Source: a virus (Duplodnaviria > Caudoviricetes). Taken from it: 61,891 nucleotides of DNA. Below, in pieces: positions 10,838 through 20,504 of this stretch. The stretch's first letter is position 1, and each line of letters opens with the position of its first letter. The notes under the pieces were generated by a model. The model saw only the letters and a program-made list of their open reading frames with translations. It did not search any database and had not been told where the DNA came from. Where the stretch lies: IMG/VR virus record IMGVR_UViG_3300044800_000230, positions 1 through 61,891 of that record; one strand, written 5' to 3'. The position numbers and the translations under genes were made by a program.

Positions 10838-11887
10838 ATGAAACGATGCACAAGATGTGTGATGCCTGAAACGTGGGCAGGAATTACATTTGATGAGAAT
10901 GGGGTTTGCTCGTTATGCCGTGAACACGAAAACCAAGAGAATATTAATTGGGAAATCAGACAAGAACGTTTATCCAATATCATATCTCGTTATAAAGAAT
11001 ATGCAAAAGAAAACAATGTCAAATATGAAGCGATAGTCGGTATTTCTGGCGGGAAGGATAGTATTTATACTCTTTGGGCAACGGTGAGGAAGTATTGTCT
11101 AAAGGTTTTAGTTGTAACCTTTGATCACGGATTTCATCTTACCTCTGAAGGAGAATGGAATCTATCTCAGATACCGAAGATTCTTGATTGCGATCATATT
11201 AGGTTTTCAATCGGAAACGGTTTAAGAAATGCCCTCTGTAAAAAAGGATGTGAACTTATCGGTGATTTTTGTCTTCATTGCCATCTCGGGGTCGGCACAA
11301 CTGCTGCACGAATCTCAAAGTTGTGGAATGTGCCTTTGCAAATATGGGGTGAACCGACTGCCCTTTATTCAACTACGGGGGATTATAGACTTGATGATCT
11401 TGAGGAGCAGAATCAAGAACATTTTGAGAAAGTATTTGCCGTGGGTACAACCACAAAGACGATAATCCCAGATGGTTATGATGCCATCGATTTGCAACCT
11501 TTGATGTGGCCAGAAGGGAAATTTCCTTTGAAGGCAATCTATCTGGGACATTTTGAATCATGGGATCAGGAAGAACATGCACGGATCATAAAGCAGGAAC
11601 TCGGATGGAGAGATTATCCCAAACAAGAGACTTGGCAATCATGGGATAAAAATGATTGTCCGTTAGAACTTGTGAGGGAAGCACAAAAGAAACTTCGTCG
11701 AGGATTCGGGAAGGCTTCATTTGCCGCCAGTAAAGAAATACGAAGTGGGAAAATTAGCCGTGAAGAAGGAATGAAATTGGTCGAGGAATATGAGAATAAA
11801 AATCTAATTGGGCTTGACGAAATGTGTCAGGAGATGGGGATCGAATCGTTTGATAAACTTAAAACAATTACCAATATGAGGATTTAA
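10838..11887 (+). CDS. N-acetyl sugar amidotransferase (PseA/WbuX-like PP-loop ATPase)
   Basis: CTRCVMP..FDENGVCSLC, SGGKDS PP-loop, IRSGKISREEG. Confidence 0.85.
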   Translation: MKRCTRCVMPETWAGITFDENGVCSLCREHENQENINWEIRQERLSNIISRYKEYAKENNVKYEAIVGISGGKDSIYTLWATVRKYCLKVLVVTFDHGFHLTSEGEWNLSQIPKILDCDHIRFSIGNGLRNALCKKGCELIGDFCLHCHLGVGTTAARISKLWNVPLQIWGEPTALYSTTGDYRLDDLEEQNQEHFEKVFAVGTTTKTIIPDGYDAIDLQPLMWPEGKFPLKAIYLGHFESWDQEEHARIIKQELGWRDYPKQETWQSWDKNDCPLELVREAQKKLRRGFGKASFAASKEIRSGKISREEGMKLVEEYENKNLIGLDEMCQEMGIESFDKLKTITNMRI

Positions 11888-12280
11888 GATGAGTGTTGAA
11901 TCTGAATTTAAAAAAGAGATGGTGGAGATCAAGGCAAGACTTGAAAAATTGGAAGAAATGTTTCCCCGTTTATATCAGACCATGATAGGTGTGAAAATGA
12001 TAGGAGAGACAAATATTGAGAGAGGAAATGAGATCATTAAATTAATGGATGAACTAATCAAAAATCTCACAAATATTATTAAATCATGAGGAAGATATGA
12101 CTAAACTCATTCTCGGCACGAAATATAAAGTTTCATTTGAAGATTGTTGCGTGAGGGGATACTTCACATCAATTCTAAAAGAAATTGAAATGAGTGAAGA
12201 CGAAAGTTACCCAACTAAAATGATTTTTGAGAATGGAGTTACATTGGAAGATTGTTGGTGTGGAACATTTGAGGAAATAG

Positions 12281-13024
12281 ATGACTAAATTGATATTAGG
12301 AACGGCACAGTTCGGAAGTGATTACGGAGTAAAACATGATGGGCAACCGTCCGAAAAGGAAATCGAAAAGATTGCCCGTGTGGCTTGGGATGGTGGGATA
12401 AGGACGGTTCACACGAGTTGGCAATACGGTCTTCCAAAGATTTGTGATGCGATATTCGACCAGTTTGAGAAGATTGAAAAGGACAGGGAGTTTCCTCACC
12501 TATTCAAATGGGGGAATGATGGAGTGCTTTCAAGACTTGGTATGAGTGCCTATAACCCAGATGAGATAAAGAATATCGTTGTTGATATGATTGTGCCCGT
12601 AAATGTTCTGGACAGGAGATGGTTGGAATTTAAAAATCCAAAACATAAATTGATTGCCCGTTCAGTATTTCTTCAGGGATTGCTTTTGATGGATCCGGAT
12701 TTAATGCCTGATTGGGTTACAGATTATGGAAAAACTGAAATAGCATTTTTCCAATTTGAATGTTCTCAACGAAGATTGGCATTTTACGAAGCCGCCCTTG
12801 GCTGGGTTCTCGGTTTGGATGAAGTTGATTATGTCATTGTTGGTGTGAACTCAACGAAACAACTTGAGGAGTTATTGGCGGTTGAACCCTTGAAATGGGA
12901 TTATGATTTTTCGATTCAGGATGAGAATGTTCTCGATCCAAGGAGATGGCCAACACTCGATAACCAGTTGAAGAGAACAGTTGAAACCTCGACGGCCATT
13001 GAAGGAGTGAATTTGAAATTATGA
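12281..13024 (+). CDS. Aldo/keto reductase of the sugar-cluster type (compact)
   Basis: KLILGTAQFG..YG, ARSVFLQGLL, VIVGVNS..QL, LDPRRW. Confidence 0.8.
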   Translation: MTKLILGTAQFGSDYGVKHDGQPSEKEIEKIARVAWDGGIRTVHTSWQYGLPKICDAIFDQFEKIEKDREFPHLFKWGNDGVLSRLGMSAYNPDEIKNIVVDMIVPVNVLDRRWLEFKNPKHKLIARSVFLQGLLLMDPDLMPDWVTDYGKTEIAFFQFECSQRRLAFYEAALGWVLGLDEVDYVIVGVNSTKQLEELLAVEPLKWDYDFSIQDENVLDPRRWPTLDNQLKRTVETSTAIEGVNLKL

Positions 13025-13277
13025 TTAAGGAGGTGAGTTTATGAGTCAACATGATCATCATAACCATTGCGACCACGACCTGAAATATTGTGAAAAATGC
13101 GACTGTGTCTATTGCAAAAAGTGTGAGATGGAATGGAAGAAACCGGAATATCATTGGTATCCGTATTATCCGACTTATCCGACGTGGCAACCATACACGG
13201 TCCCATGGACGGCAGGTAATTTAGGAACAATTCAGACAGGGACAGGTGGTTCCCATCAATGCACTTTTACTTAGGAG

Positions 13278-13943
13278 ATGGCTGGTAACATGAAAGTGTT
13301 GGGTGTGATACAGGCACGCCTGAACTCATCGAGATTCCCCGGTAAGGTTCTGAAGCCGATCTTTGGGACACCAATGCTTCTTGTCATGGTTGATAGGGCA
13401 ATGCAATCAAAATGGATGGAAAAGGTAATTGTGGCGACGAGTATTCAGAAGACCGATGAACCAATCTGGAGTATTTGTGATGCGAACAAAATAGATTATT
13501 GGCGGGGAAGTCTCAATGATGTTTTGGATAGATTTCATGATGTCGCTATCAGATGGAAACCTGACCACATTGTCAGAATGACGGCTGACTGTCCGATGAT
13601 TGATTCAGAGATCATAGACCACACCATAGATAGGCACCTTGAAGGGGGATACGACTACACCCGAAATATCGGCTTCCCAGACGGTCTCGATGTTGAAGTG
13701 ATGACATATTCTGCACTTTGCAAGGCATGGGAAGAGGCGGGATCATCTTATGAACGAGAACATGTGACACCTTATTTTTACTATCATCCTGAACTATTCA
13801 GAGTTGGAACTTATGAAAATGGAACAGATTTGAGTCATCTGAAGATTTCGATTGATACAGAAGATGATTATGTGAGACTTTCAAAGATTCTGGAGATTTT
13901 AATATGCGAAAACTCAACCTTGAGAATTCTGAGATTCTATTGA
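13278..13943 (+). CDS. spsF: SpsF-type acylneuraminate cytidylyltransferase
   Basis: IQARLNSSRFPGKVL, RGSLNDVLDRF, RMTADCP, REHVTPY, SIDTEDD. Confidence 0.88.
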   Translation: MAGNMKVLGVIQARLNSSRFPGKVLKPIFGTPMLLVMVDRAMQSKWMEKVIVATSIQKTDEPIWSICDANKIDYWRGSLNDVLDRFHDVAIRWKPDHIVRMTADCPMIDSEIIDHTIDRHLEGGYDYTRNIGFPDGLDVEVMTYSALCKAWEEAGSSYEREHVTPYFYYHPELFRVGTYENGTDLSHLKISIDTEDDYVRLSKILEILICENSTLRILRFY

Positions 13944-14597
13944 AAGGAGAGTTCAGAATAAGATGAAAAATAAATTGTCTAATGATGAAAAAAAGAGATT
14001 GGGATTTATAAAAATTCTTGAGGGAATGAAAATGGTTTGTGAAACTGAAAATCGACATCCAAACCAAAGTGAAAAAAATAAGGCAAGAAAGATTATGGGA
14101 GAGATAGATTATCTTGATTGGAAAATTATTTTGGATAAGACAGCTCCTGTGATTTCTCATGAAACATTTAAGCCGCCTCTCCCGATTATAGGGGAACCTA
14201 AATGTAAATCATTCGGAGAATTTCTTCAAGAAGTTGCAAGGGGGGGAAAAACAAAAGAATATGATCCAACAAAATTGATTCCTACACATTGGATTTGTGT
14301 ATGAAAAAAACTGAAAAAATTGTCAGTGGAGGTTCAAATGTTAAAAATTTCAAATTTTATATGTGAATGTTTAGATTTCATTCTGGAATTCATTTTTTTT
14401 AGAGATGAATATTGGGATAGACATCCCAAAACAGGAAAGGAAAGAAAATTGAGTTTCTTTCATTGGCGGTATTTGAAATATAGAACCGCATATGCGTGGA
14501 GACATAGAGATTTTAGAATTTTTATGCAGAACCGTGAGAACTATCTGAAAAAACTTAAGAATCGACGGGAGATATTATTCTATTGGAGAAATATTGT

Positions 14598-15845
14598 ATG
14601 AATTTTACCCAATCTGAAGCATTACTACAACGAGCCTTGAAGGTGATTCCAGGGGGAACACAGACCTTTTCCAAGTCGAGGACGACATGGCCTGAAGGAG
14701 TGACACCTGCTTTTATACAGAGGGGTAAGGGTTCCCACGTCTGGGATGTTGACGGGAACGAATATATCGATTTCACTTCGGCACTCTGCCCAATTATTCT
14801 GGGTTATTGCGATGAGGATGTCGACAATGCGGTCAAAAATCAGATTTCGGAAGGGACGATATTTGGTCTCCCTCATCCTCTGGAAGTTGAGGTTGCGGAG
14901 GCAATTTGCGAGATGGTTCCGTGTGCCGAGATGGTGAGGTTCGGCAAGAATGGGAGTGATGCGACGAGTGGGGCGATGAGACTTGCACGGGCATATACAG
15001 GAAGAGACCACATTGCCCAATGTGGCTACCATGGTTGGCAAGATTGGTCAGTAGCACCTTCAGCAAGGAATTTCGGGGTGCCATCAATAGTCAAATCCTT
15101 GACGCATCCATTTACCTACAATGACATTGACTCTCTGAACCAGATTTTCAAGATGTATCCCGAGAATGTCGCTTGCGTCATTATGGAACCGATGAATAGA
15201 GAATGGCCGGCCATGGGATTTCTTGAGGATTGCAAAGAGATTGCCCACAAGAACCACGCCCTATTCATTTTTGATGAGATGATAACAGGATTCAGATTCG
15301 CCATTGGAGGTGCGCAAGAATATTTCAATGTGATTCCCGATCTTGCCTGTTTTGGGAAGGCGATGGGAAATGGTTATCCGATTTCCGCCGTTGTAGGGAA
15401 GGGTGAATATATGAGGTGGTTTGAGAAGATTCATTTCTCATTCACCTATGGCGGTGACTGTGTGGGATTAGCGGCAGCGAAAGAGACATTGAGAAAGATC
15501 AAAAATAAGAATGTAGATGTAGAAATTTTTGCAATAGGGGGGACCCTTTTTTTTACAATGGAAAATATAGGAAAGTATCTATCTGGTCATCCTGCATGGA
15601 CTTTTTTTAATTACAATACAGGTAAATTATATGGTCGCAATTATATAGAAAGTGCTGTGAAAACAATTTTCATTCAAGAGTTGGTGAAACGGGGAATCTT
15701 ATGTATCGGTCAACACGTTATCAATGCCTCTCATTCAGCAAATGATATGGCTACCTTGATAGAGGCCTATACCGAAATTATAGAAAACTTTAAAGACATG
15801 AATCTTGAATGTGAACCATTGAAAGGAGAGTTCAGAATAAGATGA
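14598..15845 (+). CDS. Class III PLP aminotransferase (glutamate-1-semialdehyde aminomutase-like)
   Basis: WDVDGNEYID, KNGSDA, GYHGW, FDEMITGFR, GKAMGNG. Confidence 0.88.
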   Translation: MNFTQSEALLQRALKVIPGGTQTFSKSRTTWPEGVTPAFIQRGKGSHVWDVDGNEYIDFTSALCPIILGYCDEDVDNAVKNQISEGTIFGLPHPLEVEVAEAICEMVPCAEMVRFGKNGSDATSGAMRLARAYTGRDHIAQCGYHGWQDWSVAPSARNFGVPSIVKSLTHPFTYNDIDSLNQIFKMYPENVACVIMEPMNREWPAMGFLEDCKEIAHKNHALFIFDEMITGFRFAIGGAQEYFNVIPDLACFGKAMGNGYPISAVVGKGEYMRWFEKIHFSFTYGGDCVGLAAAKETLRKIKNKNVDVEIFAIGGTLFFTMENIGKYLSGHPAWTFFNYNTGKLYGRNYIESAVKTIFIQELVKRGILCIGQHVINASHSANDMATLIEAYTEIIENFKDMNLECEPLKGEFRIR

Positions 15846-15933
15846 ATGAATATTGGCCCGTTGTTGGTTTTGCTATTTTTTGTTGTTTTGTATTTTACCT
15901 AATAGTCAGATGGAGTAAAGGGAGCAGAATAAG

Positions 15934-16539
15934 ATGATAATACTCGATTTTGGCTCGGGCGGAACCTGTCTTAACGACTGGGATTACACGAAACGGATGA
16001 TTGATACCATGATGAATGTGAACAAGAATCGAAGGAAACCTGTCATCATAAAATGGCAACTATTTAAAGAGGCAGGAGACAATGTTCCATTGAAACGGGA
16101 CATCTTCGAGAAGGCATATCAATATGCCAAGGAATTCGGATATGAAACTACAGCATCGGTATTTGATTTACCGAGTCTTACTTTTCTTCTGAAATTCGAT
16201 ATCCCGTTTGTAAAGATAGCAAATAATCGGAAATTGGATTTCCTTATAGAGAAGATTCCGAAAGGAACGAAGGTGATTAAGAGCATTGGGTCTATGGAAG
16301 AATTTAAAAATGGTTCATCCCTCTGTTGTGTCTCAAAATATCCTGCAACGATTGATGATTATGAAGATATATTTGGAGGAAAACTCCTGATAGGAATAAG
16401 TGACCATACGGAGGATTGGGAACTCTACCTGAAATATGCCCCATTGGTCTATGAGTGTCATTTTTGTCTTGACGATTCACGGGGTTTTGATGCTGGAAGT
16501 TTTGCGAGGAGACCATGGCAGTTAGAACAAATTTTATAA
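15934..16539 (+). CDS. Minimal NeuB/PseI/SpsE-like nonulosonate synthase (TIM barrel only)
   Basis: IKWQLF, TASVFD, FVKIA, LCCVSKYPA, GISDHT, ECHF..D; no C-terminal antifreeze-like domain. Confidence 0.75.
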   Translation: MIILDFGSGGTCLNDWDYTKRMIDTMMNVNKNRRKPVIIKWQLFKEAGDNVPLKRDIFEKAYQYAKEFGYETTASVFDLPSLTFLLKFDIPFVKIANNRKLDFLIEKIPKGTKVIKSIGSMEEFKNGSSLCCVSKYPATIDDYEDIFGGKLLIGISDHTEDWELYLKYAPLVYECHFCLDDSRGFDAGSFARRPWQLEQIL

Positions 16540-16792
16540 AAGTAAAAGACGTCGAAGAATTCACAAAAACACAAAAAAGAGGTTTTATGACGATAAAAGA
16601 AATTAAGGGATACGAGCAAATTATCGATGGAATTGAACTTATTCGATCAAGGAATAATAAAAATTGGATGAATCTTCTTCGGATTGCCTTAAAACATGCA
16701 CCGAAAGAAGGTCAGAAGATCATGCGAAATATCGTAGATTGCGATTCTGAAATAAACAAATTAACCAGCCGATTGGCAGGAGGAAATAAGAA

Positions 16793-17299
16793 ATGAGAAG
16801 CATGCAGAATGAAGAATGGTTTTGTGGATTCAGCACTGAAACCAAACCGACAGGTTGCCCAATGGGAACGAAGTTCTTTGAATTGGATACCAAATGTACC
16901 TATATCTGGGACCTGATTCAGTGGACTCGTGACCCCACAACCCTCTTCGGGGCAGAGAAACATCCTACGATTAATATTTCAATCTCGGTGACAAGTTGTC
17001 AAAGTTTTATGAGTCCTCTCTGGGTCAAGCCGGGAAGAACACTAATTAATATCCTGACAACTACGCCAGTATCAACCGGAGTGACTTTTACATTGACGGT
17101 TCTTTCGGCAGAATCGACTCTCGGGGTCTTCTTTACCTCGACGGAAGTTTCGGGTTCAGTCGTTAAGATGCTTCCAGTTACGACATTGAATTACGGTGTG
17201 CCGATTGCAGATGGAGGTGTCTATTTCAATGCCGCACTAACAGCGGTGGTTCCGAGTACCAGCCTTGGAACAATAACCATTACTCCCTATACGATGTGA
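16793..17299 (+). CDS. Hypothetical Ser/Thr-rich virion-type protein
   Basis: STETKPT..GTKFFELDT N-terminal motif; Thr/Ser/Val-rich C-terminal part. Confidence 0.45.
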   Translation: MRSMQNEEWFCGFSTETKPTGCPMGTKFFELDTKCTYIWDLIQWTRDPTTLFGAEKHPTINISISVTSCQSFMSPLWVKPGRTLINILTTTPVSTGVTFTLTVLSAESTLGVFFTSTEVSGSVVKMLPVTTLNYGVPIADGGVYFNAALTAVVPSTSLGTITITPYTM

Positions 17300-17328
17300 G
17301 GGATGATGAAATAAAAGAAGAAAGGAAA

Positions 17329-19056
17329 ATGAAAATGGCAGATGAAGCCGAAACAAAAGTAACGGAAGATTGTCAGATGCAGAGGGATAAGTATAAGAAA
17401 AAGGACAAGGTGATAATCACTGGTTTTGCAGACTCATGGAAGAAGGCCCCATTCAACGATGAAAGTTTCGAGGTATGGGGAATGAACTCCCTTTTCGAAC
17501 TGATTCCGAGATGGGATCTGTGGTTTGAAATCCATGATGTGAACCTTTTCGAACTGAGGACGAATAAGGAAATTGGATATGGACTTACACGCACGGGGCA
17601 ACCATATCTTGAGGCGCTTGCACAACTGAAATGCAAAGATGGGACGCCATGCCCTGTGATGATGGTCGAGACCTACCCCGATATCCCGAACGGGGTACGT
17701 TATCCATTCGAATTTGCGAGGGATAAATTAGGAAATTATTTTACTAATTCCGTATCTTACATGATTGCTCTCGCTATCTTATGGGGATACAAGGAGATCC
17801 ACATCTTCGGGGTAGATATGGCAACGAATTGTGTGGCTCCTGAAACACGAATTTTGACATCTGATCTTAGATGGATACCAGCCTCCGAGGTTAAAGACGG
17901 AGATGAACTTATTGCTTTCGACGAATATTCCAAGGATGGAGACGGTCATAGTCGAAGATGGAGAAAGACAAAGGTCAAATCTGCAACTAAAATCCAAGGA
18001 CCCTCTTGGGAAACATGCTTTGAGGATGGAACAAAAATGATAACATCTTCCCTGCATGGATGGCTTACTCATGGAGAAAATGAGAACCGATGGAAAACGA
18101 CAGAGGATTTAATGACTCGACATCATCGGTCGGACAGACCGACCAGAGCATTAAAACTTCTCCCGACATGGGAAACGGATAATTCACGGGAGGCAGGATA
18201 TCTTGCGGCAGCTTTTGATGGTGAGGGTCATTTAGTTCAAGGGGAAACTCGTAATTGTGGAACCCATACTTTGAGAATCGGATTCTCCCAACATGAAAAT
18301 GCAATGAGCCAAATGGTTGAGGATTATTTAGGAAAATATAAATTGGAATATAGTGTAAACAGAAATAATGGAACAAGAAAATATCAGATAAATGGTGGAC
18401 GGCCTGAATTATTACGATTTTTAGGACAGATTCGTCCTGTCCGATTACTAAGTAAATTTTCGCCCGAGATTTTAGGACAATTGACAAGTAGGGAAAATGT
18501 GGCAGTTACGGAATCAAGATTCATCGGTGATCATTCATTAATCGCAATTCAGACGGATACTAAAACATTTATTGCCGAAGGATTCGCAAATCATAATACC
18601 GAGTACGGAACTCAACGTCCCTCGTGTGAATATTACGTCGGAATTGCCGTGGGAATGGGGATCAAGGTCTATATCCCACCGGAGGCCGACCTTCTGAAGG
18701 CTGAATTCATGTATGGATTTGAGGGGGAGAAGAAACTTTCCTTTATCTCGAAGATGGAATCCCTGATCACGAGTATGGATCAGAGGAGAGCAATTGCAAT
18801 GCAGAATCAGGCAATGTCCCAACGGTCGTTAGACCAACTCATCGGCAGGATGGAGCAAATGAAACTTCAGAAAGAATGGCCGGAGTTAGCATCCGATGGG
18901 GGGAAGAAGAAACTTGATGAAGAGATTGCCAAATATAATATCGAGTGGTCGAACCATCTTCAGGCCCTTGACCTTGCAAGGAAACAGGCGGACCAATATG
19001 TCGGGGCGGTCGAGGGATTAAGAGAGGCAATAAAGATTCGGTTGCTCTTTAAATAA
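17329..19056 (+). CDS. Putative nonulosonate transferase (CstII/GT42-Maf-like) containing an intein, with C-terminal coiled coil
   Basis: KVIITGF..EVWGMN and TNSVSYMIALAILWGYKEIHIFGVD resemble the CstII KVIIAGNG and TSGVYM...LGYKEIYLSGID motifs. Confidence 0.6.
   Translation: MKMADEAETKVTEDCQMQRDKYKKKDKVIITGFADSWKKAPFNDESFEVWGMNSLFELIPRWDLWFEIHDVNLFELRTNKEIGYGLTRTGQPYLEALAQLKCKDGTPCPVMMVETYPDIPNGVRYPFEFARDKLGNYFTNSVSYMIALAILWGYKEIHIFGVDMATNCVAPETRILTSDLRWIPASEVKDGDELIAFDEYSKDGDGHSRRWRKTKVKSATKIQGPSWETCFEDGTKMITSSLHGWLTHGENENRWKTTEDLMTRHHRSDRPTRALKLLPTWETDNSREAGYLAAAFDGEGHLVQGETRNCGTHTLRIGFSQHENAMSQMVEDYLGKYKLEYSVNRNNGTRKYQINGGRPELLRFLGQIRPVRLLSKFSPEILGQLTSRENVAVTESRFIGDHSLIAIQTDTKTFIAEGFANHNTEYGTQRPSCEYYVGIAVGMGIKVYIPPEADLLKAEFMYGFEGEKKLSFISKMESLITSMDQRRAIAMQNQAMSQRSLDQLIGRMEQMKLQKEWPELASDGGKKKLDEEIAKYNIEWSNHLQALDLARKQADQYVGAVEGLREAIKIRLLFK
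17830..18597 (+). mobile_element. Intein (256 aa) with LAGLIDADG-type endonuclease domain
   Basis: Starts CVAPETRILT; block B SSLHGWL; AGYLAAAFDGEG; ends TFIAEGFANHN followed by Thr(+1). Confidence 0.9.
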
Positions 19057-19089
19057 AAGAGAGGCAAAGAATTAATTTAGGAGGAAAAT

Positions 19090-19488
19090 ATGGCTTGGAC
19101 GGCAAGTGTGTTTGATAAAAATGTGTTAAACGGAAGAGTCATTGTTGTTGTTCAATACTCAGACGGGACAAACCTGTTTAATGAGACCTATGAAACCATA
19201 GGACAACCATCAACGAGTTGGATTGAAAATCTTACTTTCAACCGTCTCAACCAACTAAACAATCAGAGTTTGGCGGGCCTTCCTTCAACAGGAATTATTA
19301 CACCCGTAAATCCTACGACACTCGTTTCCATATCAACATCACAACAGGATTGGGTTGTGAATTTCGGGATGTTGCAGAAAATAGACCTTTTGTTGAAATA
19401 CAATATAATTTCGACGACCGACTCAGACATTCTGGCATTGAAAAACTACCTGACAAACAACTGGAGGGTATTCCTAAAAGGGACATAG
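19090..19488 (+). CDS. Hypothetical protein (probable virion component)
   Basis: GGAGG RBS; within the structural block. Confidence 0.45.
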   Translation: MAWTASVFDKNVLNGRVIVVVQYSDGTNLFNETYETIGQPSTSWIENLTFNRLNQLNNQSLAGLPSTGIITPVNPTTLVSISTSQQDWVVNFGMLQKIDLLLKYNIISTTDSDILALKNYLTNNWRVFLKGT

Positions 19489-19837
19489 GAATTGAAATGA
19501 AATGGTATTATCTCGGTCCGATTGGAGAACCATACCGGAGAAGTTGGGGCAACTTGGAACCTAATAAGTGGAGAGGAATTTTGAAAATCACTGGTTGATT
19601 TGTGAACCAAACCATTCATCGATTGCGATATTAATATCAGAGGAAGAAATGGTTTCTCCAACCAAAACATCATTTTTGAAAATGCTCACTCTATTCCGAA
19701 AGCGTTCTATTTTTATAACGTCGCCTGGTTTCCAGGATATTGAATCAATTAATGACACAACTTCATTCATAAGTTTTTTATACCAAAAACAAGGTTTAAT
19801 GTCAAGCAAATTAAGAATGAGTGGAGAAGAATTCTAA

Positions 19838-20503
19838 ATGACCCTACCCGTAATTGACAATTTTCCATATAGCGATGGGGATTTAGCCACCATTTCAAGT
19901 GGGAAATGGGCAACCGCACCTGGATTTGGCGGTTTAACGGTATCTACCAACAAACTCCTTAATACTGCTAGTGCATGGAATTGTTGTTATTGGACTGCCG
20001 ACTCATTCAATAATAACCAATATTCACTCTGTCTGCTTATAGATAGTGGTGGTTGGCTGGGGCCAGCGGTTAGGATTGCAGCAGCGGGAAGTGGAAATAT
20101 GTATTTTATCATGCCAGGCGATCCTCTTCCCAATGGTGTGCGGTTCTTTAAGGTTATTAACGGTTCATTTACTCAATTAGGTTCAACAGTTTCTCGAACA
20201 AATGTTGATGGTGAGATTTGGAAGTTATCTATTTCTGGGACAACCCTAACAGCTAACATAGCTGGTGTTGACGTAGCAACTCAAGATGCTGGTTCAGAAC
20301 TTACAAGTGGTTATGCGGGGATAACAATTTGCACAAGTTATAAAACAATGGATAATTGGGAAGGTGGGAATGTAGGGGTAGGGGGGGGGTCAACTCCAGA
20401 GGCAAGTTTAAAAATAGTAAAAGGTTCATCCGGTTCTGGTTCGGGATGTTTTCTACCCTCTGAGAATGAGGCGATAGAAACAATAAGTAAAACGGAGGAT
20501 TAA
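19838..20503 (+). CDS. Beta-sandwich (lectin/ConA-like) virion protein
   Basis: DNF..SDGDL, GPAVR, LTSGYAGI...DNWEGG pattern; Gly/Ser-rich tail. Confidence 0.5.
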   Translation: MTLPVIDNFPYSDGDLATISSGKWATAPGFGGLTVSTNKLLNTASAWNCCYWTADSFNNNQYSLCLLIDSGGWLGPAVRIAAAGSGNMYFIMPGDPLPNGVRFFKVINGSFTQLGSTVSRTNVDGEIWKLSISGTTLTANIAGVDVATQDAGSELTSGYAGITICTSYKTMDNWEGGNVGVGGGSTPEASLKIVKGSSGSGSGCFLPSENEAIETISKTED

Positions 20504-20504
20504 A

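Noticed and set aside
15855-15900. T-rich tract as another TT-NNN array
   Set aside because: No sustained 5-nt register; it encodes a hydrophobic helix of a tiny ORF.
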